Origin: Neoechinorhynchus agilis
Lineage: Eukaryota > Animalia > Acanthocephala
Assembly: GCA_051530055.1 (NCBI GenBank)
Contig: CM121341.1
Coordinates: 3,214,151-3,278,150 of the forward strand
DNA length: 64,000 bases
Direction of reading: 5' to 3'
Positions 47,967 through 60,830 of this stretch are shown piece by piece (position 1 is the first letter of the stretch; each line of letters starts with the position of its first letter). The notes under the pieces are model-generated. The model saw only the letters and a list, made by a program, of their open reading frames with translations, was not told where the DNA came from and did not search any database. Made by a program: the position numbers and the translations under genes.

Positions 47967-48193
47967 TAAAACACCCATTTTCCGTTCGATAATGAATCTG
48001 GAATAAACATTGTTTATTGTTAGCCTTATATCTTTTAATAAAAACGGTTGTTTCGCAAACTGCTTAAAATTGGAGAGCAGCAAATAGGATTTTGGTTGAA
48101 TAATTTTTGTTTAGTAATAATGAAATTCTCTGCGTCGATTAAAGCATTTTCATTGATCGGCACCCTCCCTATAATCGACTTGTAAACAATTGT

Positions 48194-49432
48194 TTATATA
48201 CTTCTAGTTTCGGGTTCATCATACCCACTCAGTGAATCGATTGGTTCAGCCATACTTAAGGGACAATACCCTCCTCGGACTACATTCCTTATTCCCAAGC
48301 CGAAATTCCTCCAATCGATTTCGATAACGCATGGAGCGATCATAACCGGCTCGCCGTCTACTTTCATCGGTAAAGATATCTGAGTTTCCAATCGAGCTTT
48401 TCTACATTGACATAACCTGTGTCCTCTTCCTCCCAATGCAAGATTTCCCCATTCCGTCATAGTAAATGCAATCACTTCCATGAATCCATCGTTACATCGC
48501 TGCTTTAACCATTTCTCAAAATAAGGAATCCGAGAAAACTCCCATTCGTTTCCCCAAGGCTGACATCCACCCGCGTAACTCGATATGTTTAAGAATAAAA
48601 TAACATCCGGTTTAAGGTAGCTAAGTCGGTCTTGCATGTCTCTTCCATCACATTCCAATGAAACGTATTTATCGAGGGATTTACGCTCTCCCATCTTTGC
48701 TGATACAAATTTTCGGATATAATAATTGGCGTATTGAACTCTATTTGACAAACGGGACACTTTATTAATCCGAGGATGGATATTTTTATTTCGCTGTTGA
48801 TGAAATCGTAGAGCAACCGATGCATCGGCACCAATGGACAAGTAGTTATTAAAAACATCATAAGGAAGTTCCCTCTCAACTACTGTGGAAGTATTTATGA
48901 AGTTCTGATTGAAATCTTTAGCTTTAACTCGCAAGTTCCATCGATCTATTTTGATTATTTGTCCACAAATGATTGCATTGATGAAGTTGCTAAGAGATGC
49001 ATTACTTATATGCATTCCGCCATATCCCCATTTTAAAAATCCAGCCATGTCGTTCCCGGTTCCAAGCGGAAGTATAGCTATACTATTAGTGGTAAGACCT
49101 CGAGCCTCGTCCAGAGCATAAAACATCCATGCAGCAGTTCCATCTCCACCAGCAGCGATAATTCTGAAATGAACATTTTCATACAACCGACGTCTTAAGA
49201 TATCTTCAGGGCGGAAACCTTCCCGGCTGTCTAATGGATAAACATTTTCTTTACCTATCAGATCGCCAAGAATACCAATAACCTTTTTTCCTCGTTGCCC
49301 TCCACTCTTAGTGTTCACAAATGCAATAATCACCTCAGAGGTCTGCTTGAAATATCCATTAATGTCGTTCGCATTCAACTTACTGATTCGTATATGATAA
49401 TCAGAAGAGCGTTGAGAAATCGTTGTTGTCAT
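48194..49432 (-). CDS. Diacylglycerol kinase, catalytic and accessory domains only (DGKzeta/iota-like core)
   Basis: FVNTKSGG, AAGGDGT, LPLGTGND, FNNYLSIGADA, LNISSYAGG, DGFMEV, MKVDGEP. Single exon; in-frame TAA two codons before the ATG. Confidence 0.93.
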   Translation of the reverse strand: MTTTISQRSSDYHIRISKLNANDINGYFKQTSEVIIAFVNTKSGGQRGKKVIGILGDLIGKENVYPLDSREGFRPEDILRRRLYENVHFRIIAAGGDGTAAWMFYALDEARGLTTNSIAILPLGTGNDMAGFLKWGYGGMHISNASLSNFINAIICGQIIKIDRWNLRVKAKDFNQNFINTSTVVERELPYDVFNNYLSIGADASVALRFHQQRNKNIHPRINKVSRLSNRVQYANYYIRKFVSAKMGERKSLDKYVSLECDGRDMQDRLSYLKPDVILFLNISSYAGGCQPWGNEWEFSRIPYFEKWLKQRCNDGFMEVIAFTMTEWGNLALGGRGHRLCQCRKARLETQISLPMKVDGEPVMIAPCVIEIDWRNFGLGIRNVVRGGYCPLSMAEPIDSLSGYDEPETRSI

Positions 49433-50371
49433 TTTTTACGCCGGTTTCTAGAAACTAAGAATTTTTTGAATCACTCGCGACTGTAAACGCACATCAGCGG
49501 GACGATCTCATGTGGAGTGTCACATTGTGCCGTTTGATAGACTGTAGTGGCATTCTATATCGTCGGCTGCTAATGCGCCAATTCGCGAGTACGAAGAAAT
49601 GAAGGAAATATAACAGCCGAAGTGGCGGTGCTCCATTTACACTTTGCCTCTGAGAGCGAGATGTGAAGCAATTTAGAAAAAAGCGAGTATCGATTTCATT
49701 TTAACTTGCAATATTAAGTGTATGTTAGCGGTAATCGTTAAAAGAGTTGATTCATACAAATATGATGTCGACGATGCTCGAGAATGCATACATTTGTGAT
49801 TGCCAATATTTTTATTAGTTCCGACCTTGTTTTAAGTGCAGACACTAAAAATGCATAAAAGCGAAATTTAGGTAAGTAAAATGGTTAAGAATCTGTACTA
49901 GTATTTGCTTCTATTAATCAGGCGAAATCGTAACACTTTTTGTCGTCCTTCCTGATTTCCTCTTATCTCTTCAATTTAAGCAAATATCGACTCAAAAAAT
50001 TAGCCATTTCTTAAATCAATTCGTATCTCCAAATTATGGTAGATCGTTTAGCTTGTTTCGCATATAAAGAACTTAGAAAAATTAAGCTCATAAAATGAAA
50101 TTATCCGAATCACTGTGCTATGATAGTGAATCCGGAATCACACGGTGGAAGGTAGTTTTGTATTACAGTGTTTTTAAATTTTCCACCCTGTACCCTTTTT
50201 TGTAGACATCATGTTTTACGCATGTTTGAGCTTCTGTGACACTGTAATAAATGAAGAGATTGCTTAGCAAAAGAAACTCGTTTGTATCACTCAACATAAA
50301 AATTCAAAGGTCATTGGGGTTCATAATGTAGAAGAAATGTTTAATGGCAAAAGTCCGCTATATCCTGAAAC

Positions 50372-53008
50372 TTTACTTTCCAATAAACGTGAATTTTAGG
50401 ATTTAATAAAGGTTCCCATGAATTTTTAAACGTCCATGCAACTACTTTTACTTTTCTTTTGAATGAACGCGAATTTTAGGATTTAATAAAGGTTCTCATG
50501 AATTTTTAAACGTCCATGCAACTACTTTTACTTTTCTTTTGAATGAACGTGAATTTTAGGATTTAAAAAAGGTTCCCATGAATTTTTAAACGTCCATGCA
50601 ACTACTTTTCTTTCCAATGAACGTGAATTTTAGGATTTAATAAAGGTTCCCATGAATTTTTAAACGTCCATGCAACTACTTTTACTTTTCTTTTAAATGA
50701 ACGCGAATTTTAGGATTTAATAAAGGTTCTCATGAATTTTTAAACGTCCATGCAACTACTTTTACTTTTCTTTTCAATGAACGTGAATTTTAGGATTTAA
50801 TAAAGGTTCCCATGAATTTTTAAACGTCCATGCAACTACTTTTACTTTTCTTTTCAATGAACGTGAATTTTAGGATTTAATAAAGGTTCCCATGAATTTT
50901 TAAACGTCCATGCAACTACTTTTCTTTCCAATGAACGTGAATTTTAGGATTTAATAAAGGTTCCCATGAATTTTTAAACGTCCATGCAACTACTTTTACT
51001 TTTCTTGTCAATGAACGTGAATTTTAGGATTTAATAAAGGTTCCCATGAATTTTTAAACGTCCATGCAACTACTTTTCTTTCCAATGAACGTGAATTTTA
51101 GGATTTAATAAAGGTTCCCATGAATTTTTAAACGTCCATGCAACTACTTTTCTTTCCAATGAACGTGAATTTTAGGATTTAATAAAGGTTCCCATGAATT
51201 TTTAAACGTCCATGCAACTACTTTTACTTTTCTTGTCAATGAACGTGAATTTTAGGATTTAATAAAGGTTCCCATGAATTTTTAAACGTCCATGCAACTA
51301 CTTTTCTTTCCAATGAACGTGAATTTTAGGATTTAATAAAGGTTCCCATGAATTTTTAAACGTCCATGCAACTACTTTTACTTTTCTTGTCAATGAACGT
51401 GAATTTTAGGATTTAATAAAGGTTCCCATGAATTTTTAAACGTCCATGCAACTACTTTTCTTTCCAATGAACGTGAATTTTAGGATTTAATAAAGGTTCC
51501 CATGAATTTTTAAACGTCCATGCAACTACTTTTCTTTCCAATGAACGTGAATTTTAGGATTTAATAAAGGTTCCCATGAATTTTTAAACGTCCATGCAAC
51601 TACTTTTCTTTTCTTGTCAATGAACGTGAATTTTAGGATTTAATAAAGGTTCCCATGAATTTTTAAACGTCCATGCAACTACTTTTACTTTTCTTTTCAA
51701 TGAACGTGAATTTTAGGATTTAATAAAGGTTCCCATGAATTTTTAAACGTCCATGCAACTACTTTTACTTTTCTTGTCAATGAACGTGAATTTTAGGATT
51801 TAATAAAGGTTCTCATGAATTTTTAAACGTCCATGCAACTACTTTTACTTTTCTTGTCAATGAACGTGAATTTTAGGATTTAATAAAGGTTCTCATGAAT
51901 TTTTAAACGTCCATGCAACTACTTTTACTTTTCTTTTAAATGAACGTGAATTTTAGGATTTAATAAAGGTTCTCATGAATTTTTAAACGTCCATGCAACT
52001 ACTTTTACTTTTCTTGTCAATGAACGTGAATTTTAGGATTTAATAAAGGTTCCCATGAATTTTTAAACGTCCATGCAACTACTTTTCTTTCCAATGAACG
52101 TGAATTTTAGGATTTAATAAAGGTTCCCATGAATTTTTAAACGTCCATGCAACTACTTTTCTTTCCAATGAACGTGAATTTTAGGATTTAATAAAGGTTC
52201 CCATGAATTTTTAAACGTCCATGCAACTACTTTTACTTTTCTTTTCAATGAACGTGAATTTTAGGATTTAATAAAGGTTCCCATAATTTTTAAACGTCCA
52301 TGCAACTACTTTTCTTTTCAATGAACGTGAATTTTAGGATTTAATAAAGGTTCCCATGAATTTTTAAACGTCCATGCAACTACTTTTACTTTTCTTTTCA
52401 ATGAACGTGAATTTTAGGATTTAATAAAGGTTCTCATGAATTTTTAAACGTCCATGCAACTACTTTTACTTTTCTTTTCAATGAACGTGAATTTTAGGAT
52501 TTAATAAAGGTTCTATGAATTTTTAAACGTCCATGCAACTACTTTTTTCCAATGAACGTGAATTTTAGGATTTAATAAAGGTTCCCATGAATTTTTAAAC
52601 GTCCATGCAACTACTTTTACTTTTCTTGTCAATGAACGTGAATTTTAGGATTTAATAAAGGTTCTCATGAATTTTTAAACGTCCATGCAACTACTTTTAC
52701 TTTTCTTTCCAATGAACGTGAATTTTAGGATTTAATAAAGGTTCCCATGAATTTTTAAACGTCCATGCAACTACTTTTCTTTCCAATGAACGTGAATTTT
52801 AGGATTTAATAAAGGTTCCCATGAATTTTTAAACGTCCATGCAACTACTTTTCTTTCCAATGAACGTGAATTTTAGGATTTAATAAAGGTTCCCATGAAT
52901 TTTTAAACGTCCATGCAACTACTTTTACTTTTCTTGTCAATAAACGTGAATTTTAGGATTTAATAAAGGTTCCCATGAATTTTTAAACGTCCATGGAACT
53001 ACTTTTAT
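50372..53008. repeat. Satellite array of 74-bp and 80-bp unit variants, about 34 units
   Basis: Unit AATGAACGTGAATTTTAGGATTTAATAAAGGTTCCCATGAATTTTTAAACGTCCATGCAACTACTTTT(ACTTTT)CTT.. Measured spacings include 51011, 51085, 51159, 51239. Confidence 0.98.
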
Positions 53009-54277
53009 GGTCAATGGTTGAATTAAATAAAATTGAAAATTTACCAGCATCTATAAACTCAAGAAATATTGGTTCCTCGTTGCATAAGAAATAGAAATTG
53101 TTTGAGAACGTTCAAATTTAAAACGTATTTTCTCCAGTCTGCAAAAAATGACTAAATTATATCGATGAATTTAAAAGTACTCATACAAAAAGAGTGGTCT
53201 ACTTTTTATATGGACGAACTAAAATCAAAGATGTCGAGAAGGAACATTTGGAAGAGAGCAATTGAAAAGTTCGACAAATAGTTTCTAGGAAATGTTAAAG
53301 TTTTATATGATGGCGAATGTATTGGCTCTAATTTCTCGTTTTTAATCAAAGTATTCATTGCTAGCTGATAGAGAATACTTTTAGCTATGTATAGACATCG
53401 AACGTGAACAGAATCGATCAATATACATATTTTAATCGCATAGAAAATTGCGATCTTAACGGAAAAAGATCAATTGATACTTGTTGGGTTGACCGGGCTA
53501 CGTATTGCGAACTAATTTTTTAGTGAAGGGTTTCAGATTTTAATGAGTGAAAATGTCGATATGTGAAGAGGTACCGGGGAATGTGATTGGAATTATTGTT
53601 TAGAAGTCTACATCTCCAGTAAATGATTACTAACCAACAAACTGGTGATGAACCCGACGAAGTTCGAAACGTCCTTAATAAATAATCATTTAACGGGTGA
53701 GATTATAGTAAACTTAAAGATGAATCTGGCAAACTAAAAAGTGTAAATGATAAGAATAAAATCGTAAAATACCTGAAGTTGAGCTTGAAGAGTGGATTTG
53801 CTTTCAAAGAATCGTTAGTTTGAACATTTACGTTCATGTCATAAATTGAAGAGGTTCTCTTTCAATTAAAGACGATTGCAACATAACTCAACTTGGGAAT
53901 AGAAAAATTATGGTTAACTTAATGCTTAGGACAAATGGAGTTTTATTTTCAAAAATTAATTATTCCTCTTAATAATTTGTTAAATTTTCTACTTTATTTT
54001 CTCAGTAATAATAGATGTTTTTAGTTTACTGATATAGCGATCAATTTATTGATTACCCTTTCATACAATATTTCGTCCGTCTCCGACGAGTGAATTATTG
54101 TGTGAAAGTGATCTAATAAATTAATCTCTACATCACCAAACCAAATATATTCACGGACACAACTTCTATACGATAATAGATGTTATGTCTTAGATTAAGT
54201 GAAGAATCCTTCATTTTAATATTTTTTTTGACTTAAGCCCAAAATCAGTAATGTATTAAACTCAAAATATAATACCA

Positions 54278-54407
54278 TATTTGGTTGTTTTATGGCGAAG
54301 AAATTAAAATGATTTTATTTTAAAATCCAAGGCACAAAATTGTGCCGCCAAAAACCAATCAGATTTTAAAAATCATTTAAATTTCTTCGCCATAAAACAA
54401 CCAATAT
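54278..54407. mobile_element. Small palindromic MITE-like element; related pieces at ~28905-28985, 47615-47700 and 22005-22040
   Basis: ATATTTGGTTGTTTTATGGCGAAGAAATT.. pairs imperfectly with ..AATTTCTTCGCCATAAAACAACCAATAT. Confidence 0.7.
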
Positions 54408-54794
54408 GAACAGTTCAATCTTTAAATAATATCATATTTCCACGAGAACTGCATCTCACATTGAAATGACCTTATAAAAATAAGAAATTAAAAAAATTGA
54501 TGTCAAAAATGATTTCGGGAGGATAGTAAAAGTCGGATTGTACACATTCCACATTTGAAATCGATCAGTAGAAATGACGGGAAAAAATTGGAATACGAGA
54601 TTCTTAATCTGAAAGGTTTCCAATTTAAAAAACTATTTTTATGGGACAATCAGTTATGCGATTCAGACAGGAATAAATCCGCAACCTCGATCCTCCATTC
54701 CGTCAAAAATGATGATTTTCTCGAGATTTAAGGATTATAATTCAGCCAGTATTCATATTCGATTTATTTCATCGAAGCAAACTCTCAGAATTGA

Positions 54795-54998
54795 TCAGTA
54801 CCACCGTGAGTAGAACACGATTTGGATGATCTCAAAAATAAGCGATCCACAGACGATGAAAACGAGCAAGAAGATTAAATAAGTATTTAACGGATAACCT
54901 TGGTCCTTGGGCTTCGTTGTCTTTGGAACATTTCCACGATTGAGGACATTTTTGCTATGACTCTCAACAGCCTTCTTCATTCGAGACTTTGGAGCCAT
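54795..54998 (-). CDS. SERP1: Stress-associated ER protein RAMP4/SERP1
   Basis: MAPKSRMK..HSKNVLNRGNVPKT..YP..FLLVFIVCGS.IFEII. Confidence 0.92.
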   Translation of the reverse strand: MAPKSRMKKAVESHSKNVLNRGNVPKTTKPKDQGYPLNTYLIFLLVFIVCGSLIFEIIQIVFYSRWY

Positions 54999-55152
54999 AT
55001 TTGTTGACGACGTTCAATGAAAATCCTTAACCGACGACGCCATCTTGCTGGATATCTCGAGAAGGAAGAACCATTTATGACGTCTTAATATTTTTTAAAA
55101 GGAAATATTTAATATTATTTGTTCTATCCAATTGCTCCTTCGAGTGGATGTG

Positions 55153-55458
55153 TATTCTCAATGGCGAATTGTAACACACTCGAGTTTTATTGAAATCTTC
55201 ATTGCGAATTTTCAAGGCCTCGGCATCCTTCCCAAGCATCCAAAAATGGATGTGGTGGGGTCGGTAGCTTTGACTCGGGTGCGCGGGATCGTCGATTCCC
55301 GAATTGATGATAATCGATGGTCCCGTGCACCCGAGTCAAAGCTACCAACCCACCACATTAATTTTTAGATTCTTGAGAAGGAAGCTGAGGCCTTGAAAAT
55401 TCGCTATAAAGAGTTTAATAATAAAACTCGAGTGTGTTACAAATCGCCATTGAGAATA
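55153..55458. repeat. ~306-bp imperfect palindrome (fold-back)
   Basis: Arms of about 140 bp, e.g. TATTCTCAATGGCGA / TCGCCATTGAGAATA and GGTAGCTTTGACTCGGGTGC / GCACCCGAGTCAAAGCTACC. Confidence 0.92.
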
Positions 55459-55510
55459 TTATTTGTGTTAATTACATTTAACAAAAATTTCAATGTGGAA
55501 AAATGTGACA

Positions 55511-56808
55511 GAAGGATAAACTAAATCTTTGGATCCTACTGTCTTTGAAGTTTAAAAATTTAATAAAATCTAAATAAAAAACATCATAATGGCGGTAAGT
55601 CGTTATCGAAATTGACGCCGAATTCAATCATGAATTTCTCTAGGGTCTTTTACGTGTTCTCTGTACCTACCTTCAAGCATTTTTTTAAATTTCCTTCAAT
55701 TGTTGCAACTTTTTCTTTTATGCTATTTTACCATCGCATTTTACTTCTTCAATTTTCTTAAAGTCGTATGAAAGTCATTGATTTTTATAACCTCATTTTT
55801 ATCAGGAGACCAAATTACAATTTTTTGGCCTTTTTGAAGGATAAATTAAATCTTTGGATCCTACTGTCTTTGAAGTTTAAAAATTTAATAAAATCTGAAT
55901 AAAAAACTTCATAATGGCGGTAAGTCGTTATCGAAATTGACGCCGAATTCAATCATGAATTTCTCTAGGGTCTTTTACGTGTTCTCTGTACCTACCTTCA
56001 AGCATTTTTTTAAATTTCCTTCAATTGTTGCAACTTTTTCTTTTATGCTATTTTACCATCGCATTTTACTTCTTCAATTTTCTTAAAGTCGTATGAAAGT
56101 CATTGATTTTTATAACCTCATTTTTATCAGGAGACCAAATTACAATTTTTTGGCCTTTTTGAAGGATAAATTAAATCTTTGGATCCTACTGTCTTTGAAG
56201 TTTAAAAATTTAATAAAATCTGAATAAAAAACTTCATAATGGCGGTAAGTCGTTATCGAAATTGACGCCGAATTCAATCATGAATTTCTCTAGGGTCTTT
56301 TACGTGTTCTCTGTACCTACCTTCAAGCATTTTTTTAAATTTCCTTCAATTGTTGCAACTTTTTCTTTTATGCTATTTTACCATCACATTTTATTTCTTC
56401 AATTTTCTTAAAGTCGTATGAAAGTCATTGATTTTTATAACCTCATTTTTATCAGGAGACCAAATTACAATTTTTTGGCCTTTTTGAAGGATAAATTAAA
56501 TCTTTGGATCCTACTGTCTTTGAAGTTTAAAAATTTAATAAAATCTGAATAAAAAACTTCATAATGGCGGTAAGTCGTTATCGAAATTGACGCCGAATTC
56601 AATCATGAATTTCTCTAGGGTCTTTTACGTGTTCTCTGTACGTACCTTCAAGCATTTTTTTAAATTTCCTTCAATTGTTGCAACTTTTTCTTTTATGCTA
56701 TTTTACCATCACATTTTATTTCTTCAATTTTCTTAAAGTCGTATGAAAGTCATTGATTTTTATAACCTCATTTTTATCAGGAGATCAAATTACAATTTTT
56801 GGCCTTTT
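55511..56808. repeat. Tandem repeat, ~325-bp unit, 4 copies
   Basis: GAAGGATAAA.TAAATCTTTGGATCC at ~55511, 55836, 56161 and 56486; copies are near identical. Confidence 0.95.
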
Positions 56809-56987
56809 GGACAATCCTAACAGTTTCAATAAAATCTTTGAACATTGCACCAATTTAATTTCAATCAAAAATATCCTCGTTTTAATCAACCGAAGATTAC
56901 ACACGAAAAAACTTCATTTGAACAGTCAGGATCACGTGCGCATTTAGATTAAAGTAAAATTTTATTATTCATTTAAACCATTGAACA

Positions 56988-57347
56988 TTAAAAATCAAAA
57001 TATTCATTACATGTCATTTTCTTGTTTTCCAATTTAAATCCACCGTCGGCATTTACCGAAATTAGACTTTCACAAATATCCCTACCGTCTGGTCCTCGTG
57101 TTCTACTTTGTGAGATCGTTCCTGATATTTCCCTCATCATTACTTTAATCGGCACAATCTTACATGATCCTTTTCCAGGATTTTTGAAACATAGTTCCTT
57201 CCTGATTTCACCAAACTCTCGATCGTGTACGAAAATCGAATCAGCGATCGGTATATATTTGTGCTCCGTAGCTAACGATTGGCCTTCGATCGATGGTGGA
57301 ACAGAAAATAGGACAATAAGTGAAAACGCAGCTTTGAAAACACACAT
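56988..57347 (-). CDS. Small secreted protein (signal peptide, 4 mature-region Cys), possibly cystatin-like
   Basis: 119-aa ORF with a hydrophobic N-terminus. MREISGT..C..C spacing loosely resembles cystatins. Confidence 0.5.
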   Translation of the reverse strand: MCVFKAAFSLIVLFSVPPSIEGQSLATEHKYIPIADSIFVHDREFGEIRKELCFKNPGKGSCKIVPIKVMMREISGTISQSRTRGPDGRDICESLISVNADGGFKLENKKMTCNEYFDF

Positions 57348-60300
57348 TAAACTTTAAGACGTTGTGGTGCATTTAGAAAGTCTTAGTCTACAGTGAAAAT
57401 GAGACACATTAATAATTTATGACTTTAACGTTTCACGTCAAGATGGCATAGAAGTTGAGAAAACTGCTGTTTTCCTCTTCGTTTAGTGTTCGCAGATAGA
57501 AATGAACAATTCTATTGCCGTACCCCTCGTTCTCACATGAATGTACTGAAAAGAGAAAATCTCGAGTGCGTTTTGATTTCTGTTAAACCGGATTAAAAAA
57601 TTAGAAATGCGATATTCCACAGTTACTAATTGCTAACAACGCAAAATAAATTCAAACTTGCAGTTTGTTTCCAATGAGTATTTAATTATTTTAGACATGA
57701 TGATAATTTACGGCAACTCGGTCACTGAAATCGTTTATTTCTCGGATTATTATCTTTGGCGGAAAAGATACTTTCTTTTTCTTAGTACCGATATTTCAGG
57801 CCAGATAATTCCGGCATTTTCTCAAAGTTTGCCATCTAAAACACGAACATTAGCGTTATCCTACGGACTGGTAATCCGTGTTCTTGAACTCATTGTCCAG
57901 TGCAGCCGATGGAAGGCAATAGAGCCTGCATATCAGCTTAAAATTACCATTGAAAAGGCAGTGGTGCTCTAGCTCAGAGGTTCCAGTGGACAATGAGTCA
58001 AGGAACGGGGTTTTATAAATATGTTGCAAGGCTAATGTTCGAAATTAGTGAACTCAAATCTAGATTGGCAAAACCACCAATAGAAAGAAATCGTTTATGT
58101 CAGTTTAGAATAATTTTATTGTCTTCAAAATGCTTTGAGAAAACAAGACTTCCAAGTCGTCAACATTTCATCCGCTTCAAAAGACGAGTTCAATGTTATC
58201 AAAACGGTCCATGAGACACCAATGCGAGGAAAGCCTTTGCAAATGTGGACAGCCTATAATAAAGATTATCGTAATCTACTAAACCTTTAAGAGTTGTTTA
58301 CCACAGTTCAAACTTTTATTTTAAATCACAGCGACGAAGGCATTCTACTTTCATCAAGGGGAAAAATTGGTAACGATATCGAAATGCGCGAAATTTCAAG
58401 TGGCAAAGGACATGGAACTCGGATGGATCATCAAAAAAAGAGTAATTCGACCATTTCATTTTTTCTTTTAATCAAGTCGTTTACTTAATCAATGCATTTA
58501 TTGGTGTTTGAGTAGTGCAATTTAAATTTTTAAAAAAAGTCGACGCGTGCTAATTCTAAAATTTTATCTCAGAATCGCATTGTATTCCTTAGGACGAAAT
58601 GGCCGCTAATCTTCCAATATTTCGGATTTTCACGATTATGCATAAATGTAAATCGCATTTTGAAATTTCCACAGGTTACAACCAGTAGCATTATTCAACT
58701 TTCAGTCTCGATTCATCTTTGGAACAAAAGATATAAAATGAACTAATTCGATTTGTAACGAACACACTGGAGTTTAAGCGGTGTTTTGACAGGAAAAATT
58801 CTGCAGCTAAAAATTTGATAACTTCAGCATTGTCGACTTTTTTGTTTTTTAGAGTTTAAATCAGCTCGATTATTTCTTGCTGCATAAAAAGCAAAATGAT
58901 CTTATCGATATGTCAAAGTAACTTCGAAATTAACACTGACTTTTCGATGCGTTTTGAAATGCTATTTACCAATATATTTCTACCGGATTTTATGAAGGCT
59001 TTTAAAAGGAACAGAAGATTTGCTGTTAATTTGCATTTCTGAATGACCTCGCTTTAATGACGAATGTTCTCCAAGTGCAACCTTTTTTGGGACATTGTGA
59101 AGAATTTCTTTTCCAAAAAATAACCAAGGCATTTTTTGTTGTTTGGAATGAGAGCTGATAATGCAATCGCTTGTATAAAAATTGCGAATGTTCAATTTAC
59201 TTGTTGGTTTCATCACAATCATGGCTATCGATTTTTTGTTAGCGAAATGCAATATCAGCGTCAGTGAGACAAATGCGATACTTAATCTTTTATTTGACAC
59301 ACAAAAACGTCAATAGAATCGAACATTCCTACGATTAGACAATATCACACTGTATTCGTGGAAATAAAATCGTAGATCGAGATGCGAATACAAGAATTTT
59401 TGCAAGAAAACGTTTCTTGTACTTTGCACAAGGAAAAACATTATAATCCTTACTTAATCGACGAGTTTCTCTATTTTTTAATTTTCTTTTAATTATAGCA
59501 ATTTACATTTCTAAATTAATTCGCTTTAATGACGAGTGTTCTCCAAGTGCTGTCTTTTTTAGGATTTTTTGAACAATTCCTTTGCTAAAAAATATCAAAG
59601 TTAATATTTTAATTTGCAGCGGATATGATAATTTACATTTAATTGACAGAAAAATCATTGATTTTCGATAGAAATGGGAAAGGCATGTTTCCTACATGGA
59701 AAAATGATCTATTGGACGAGCTGCACAAGAAAAATCTATTTACCATAAATTGCCCGGTCATTTTTAGCCAATCAGCGCTCGATACTAAAATTGCTATTTA
59801 TTTCTAGGAACGGTGATGGTTGAGAGTAATTATTTAGTAAAATTACATTATTTAAGGTTATTCCATTCTCGCGAATGATTGAATACCTTTAAATGAAATC
59901 TTAAGGTTCTCTTTATGAATTTTATCTTAAAAGTAAACGCCGATTTATTCCTGTTGATGATCGAGGCGGAGTCAGACGAGATATGTAGAAATGTTAAATA
60001 GGATCGCTTCCAACCGTTTTCCTTCCATATAAATGCAACTTTTTCGTGTTGAATGTTCGATATGTTTAGATTTTTAAGTCCAAAATAACTCATGCGAATC
60101 TCGTGCTTAATTTTTTGGACTGATAGTTTTTGTAAGTTTCTTACCGGCTAATATTTTACAAAAACTTAAATATAGAAACTATTTATTTTTAATATTTCAT
60201 GATAAATTTCATTTAATGTTCCTACAAAGAAGTATCAAAGTCCAAAGCGATTGCATAAGTGGCATAAATCGTGTTTACAAATAGTTAATTTACACGATTA

Positions 60301-60830
60301 AAGAATGAAGGCATTTTGGAAAATCTATCAAAGATTTAAAGTCGATTTACATTTATTATAGACAATGATGGGATTCTCCATTTTTTAACTTAAAAGCTAT
60401 TCCTCGGGGAAACGCATACAATCTTATCACGAGCAATATTCGATCAATGATTTCTTTCAACATTAATTTCAATTTGACGTTATGACAATAATATTCGTAT
60501 GCTTTTTTCTCCTTTGAGCAAATACCTTCAGGGTTTTCTTTATTGTTGCAAAATGGCATTTGTAAATGTCCAGTAATATGTAGTTATTTAAATCCATTGT
60601 ACTTCTACGTTCATAGTATTCTGGTGGTAAAATTTCGTCAAACTTAACTTATAAAAATGTATATTTTTAAACTTTTACGCTTCTGAACATCAAGGCTATC
60701 TTGATAATAAAAAATTCAATTCATTGTGTATCAATATAGAAAGTACAGTTTAACTATGCTTTCGAATAAAAAAAGATGGGTTTAGAGAATCGAATCTTTG
60801 TTCATTAAGTATCTATTCACTGATCTCGAA

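Noticed and set aside
50372-53008. CRISPR-like array
   Set aside because: There are no unique spacers and no cas genes, and the context is eukaryotic. It is a plain satellite.
57658-60559. Short ORFs at 57658-60559, including a diverged duplicated KK.ALGEHSSLKR segment near 59050 and 59525
   Set aside because: No recognisable domain and no consistent exon chain could be built.
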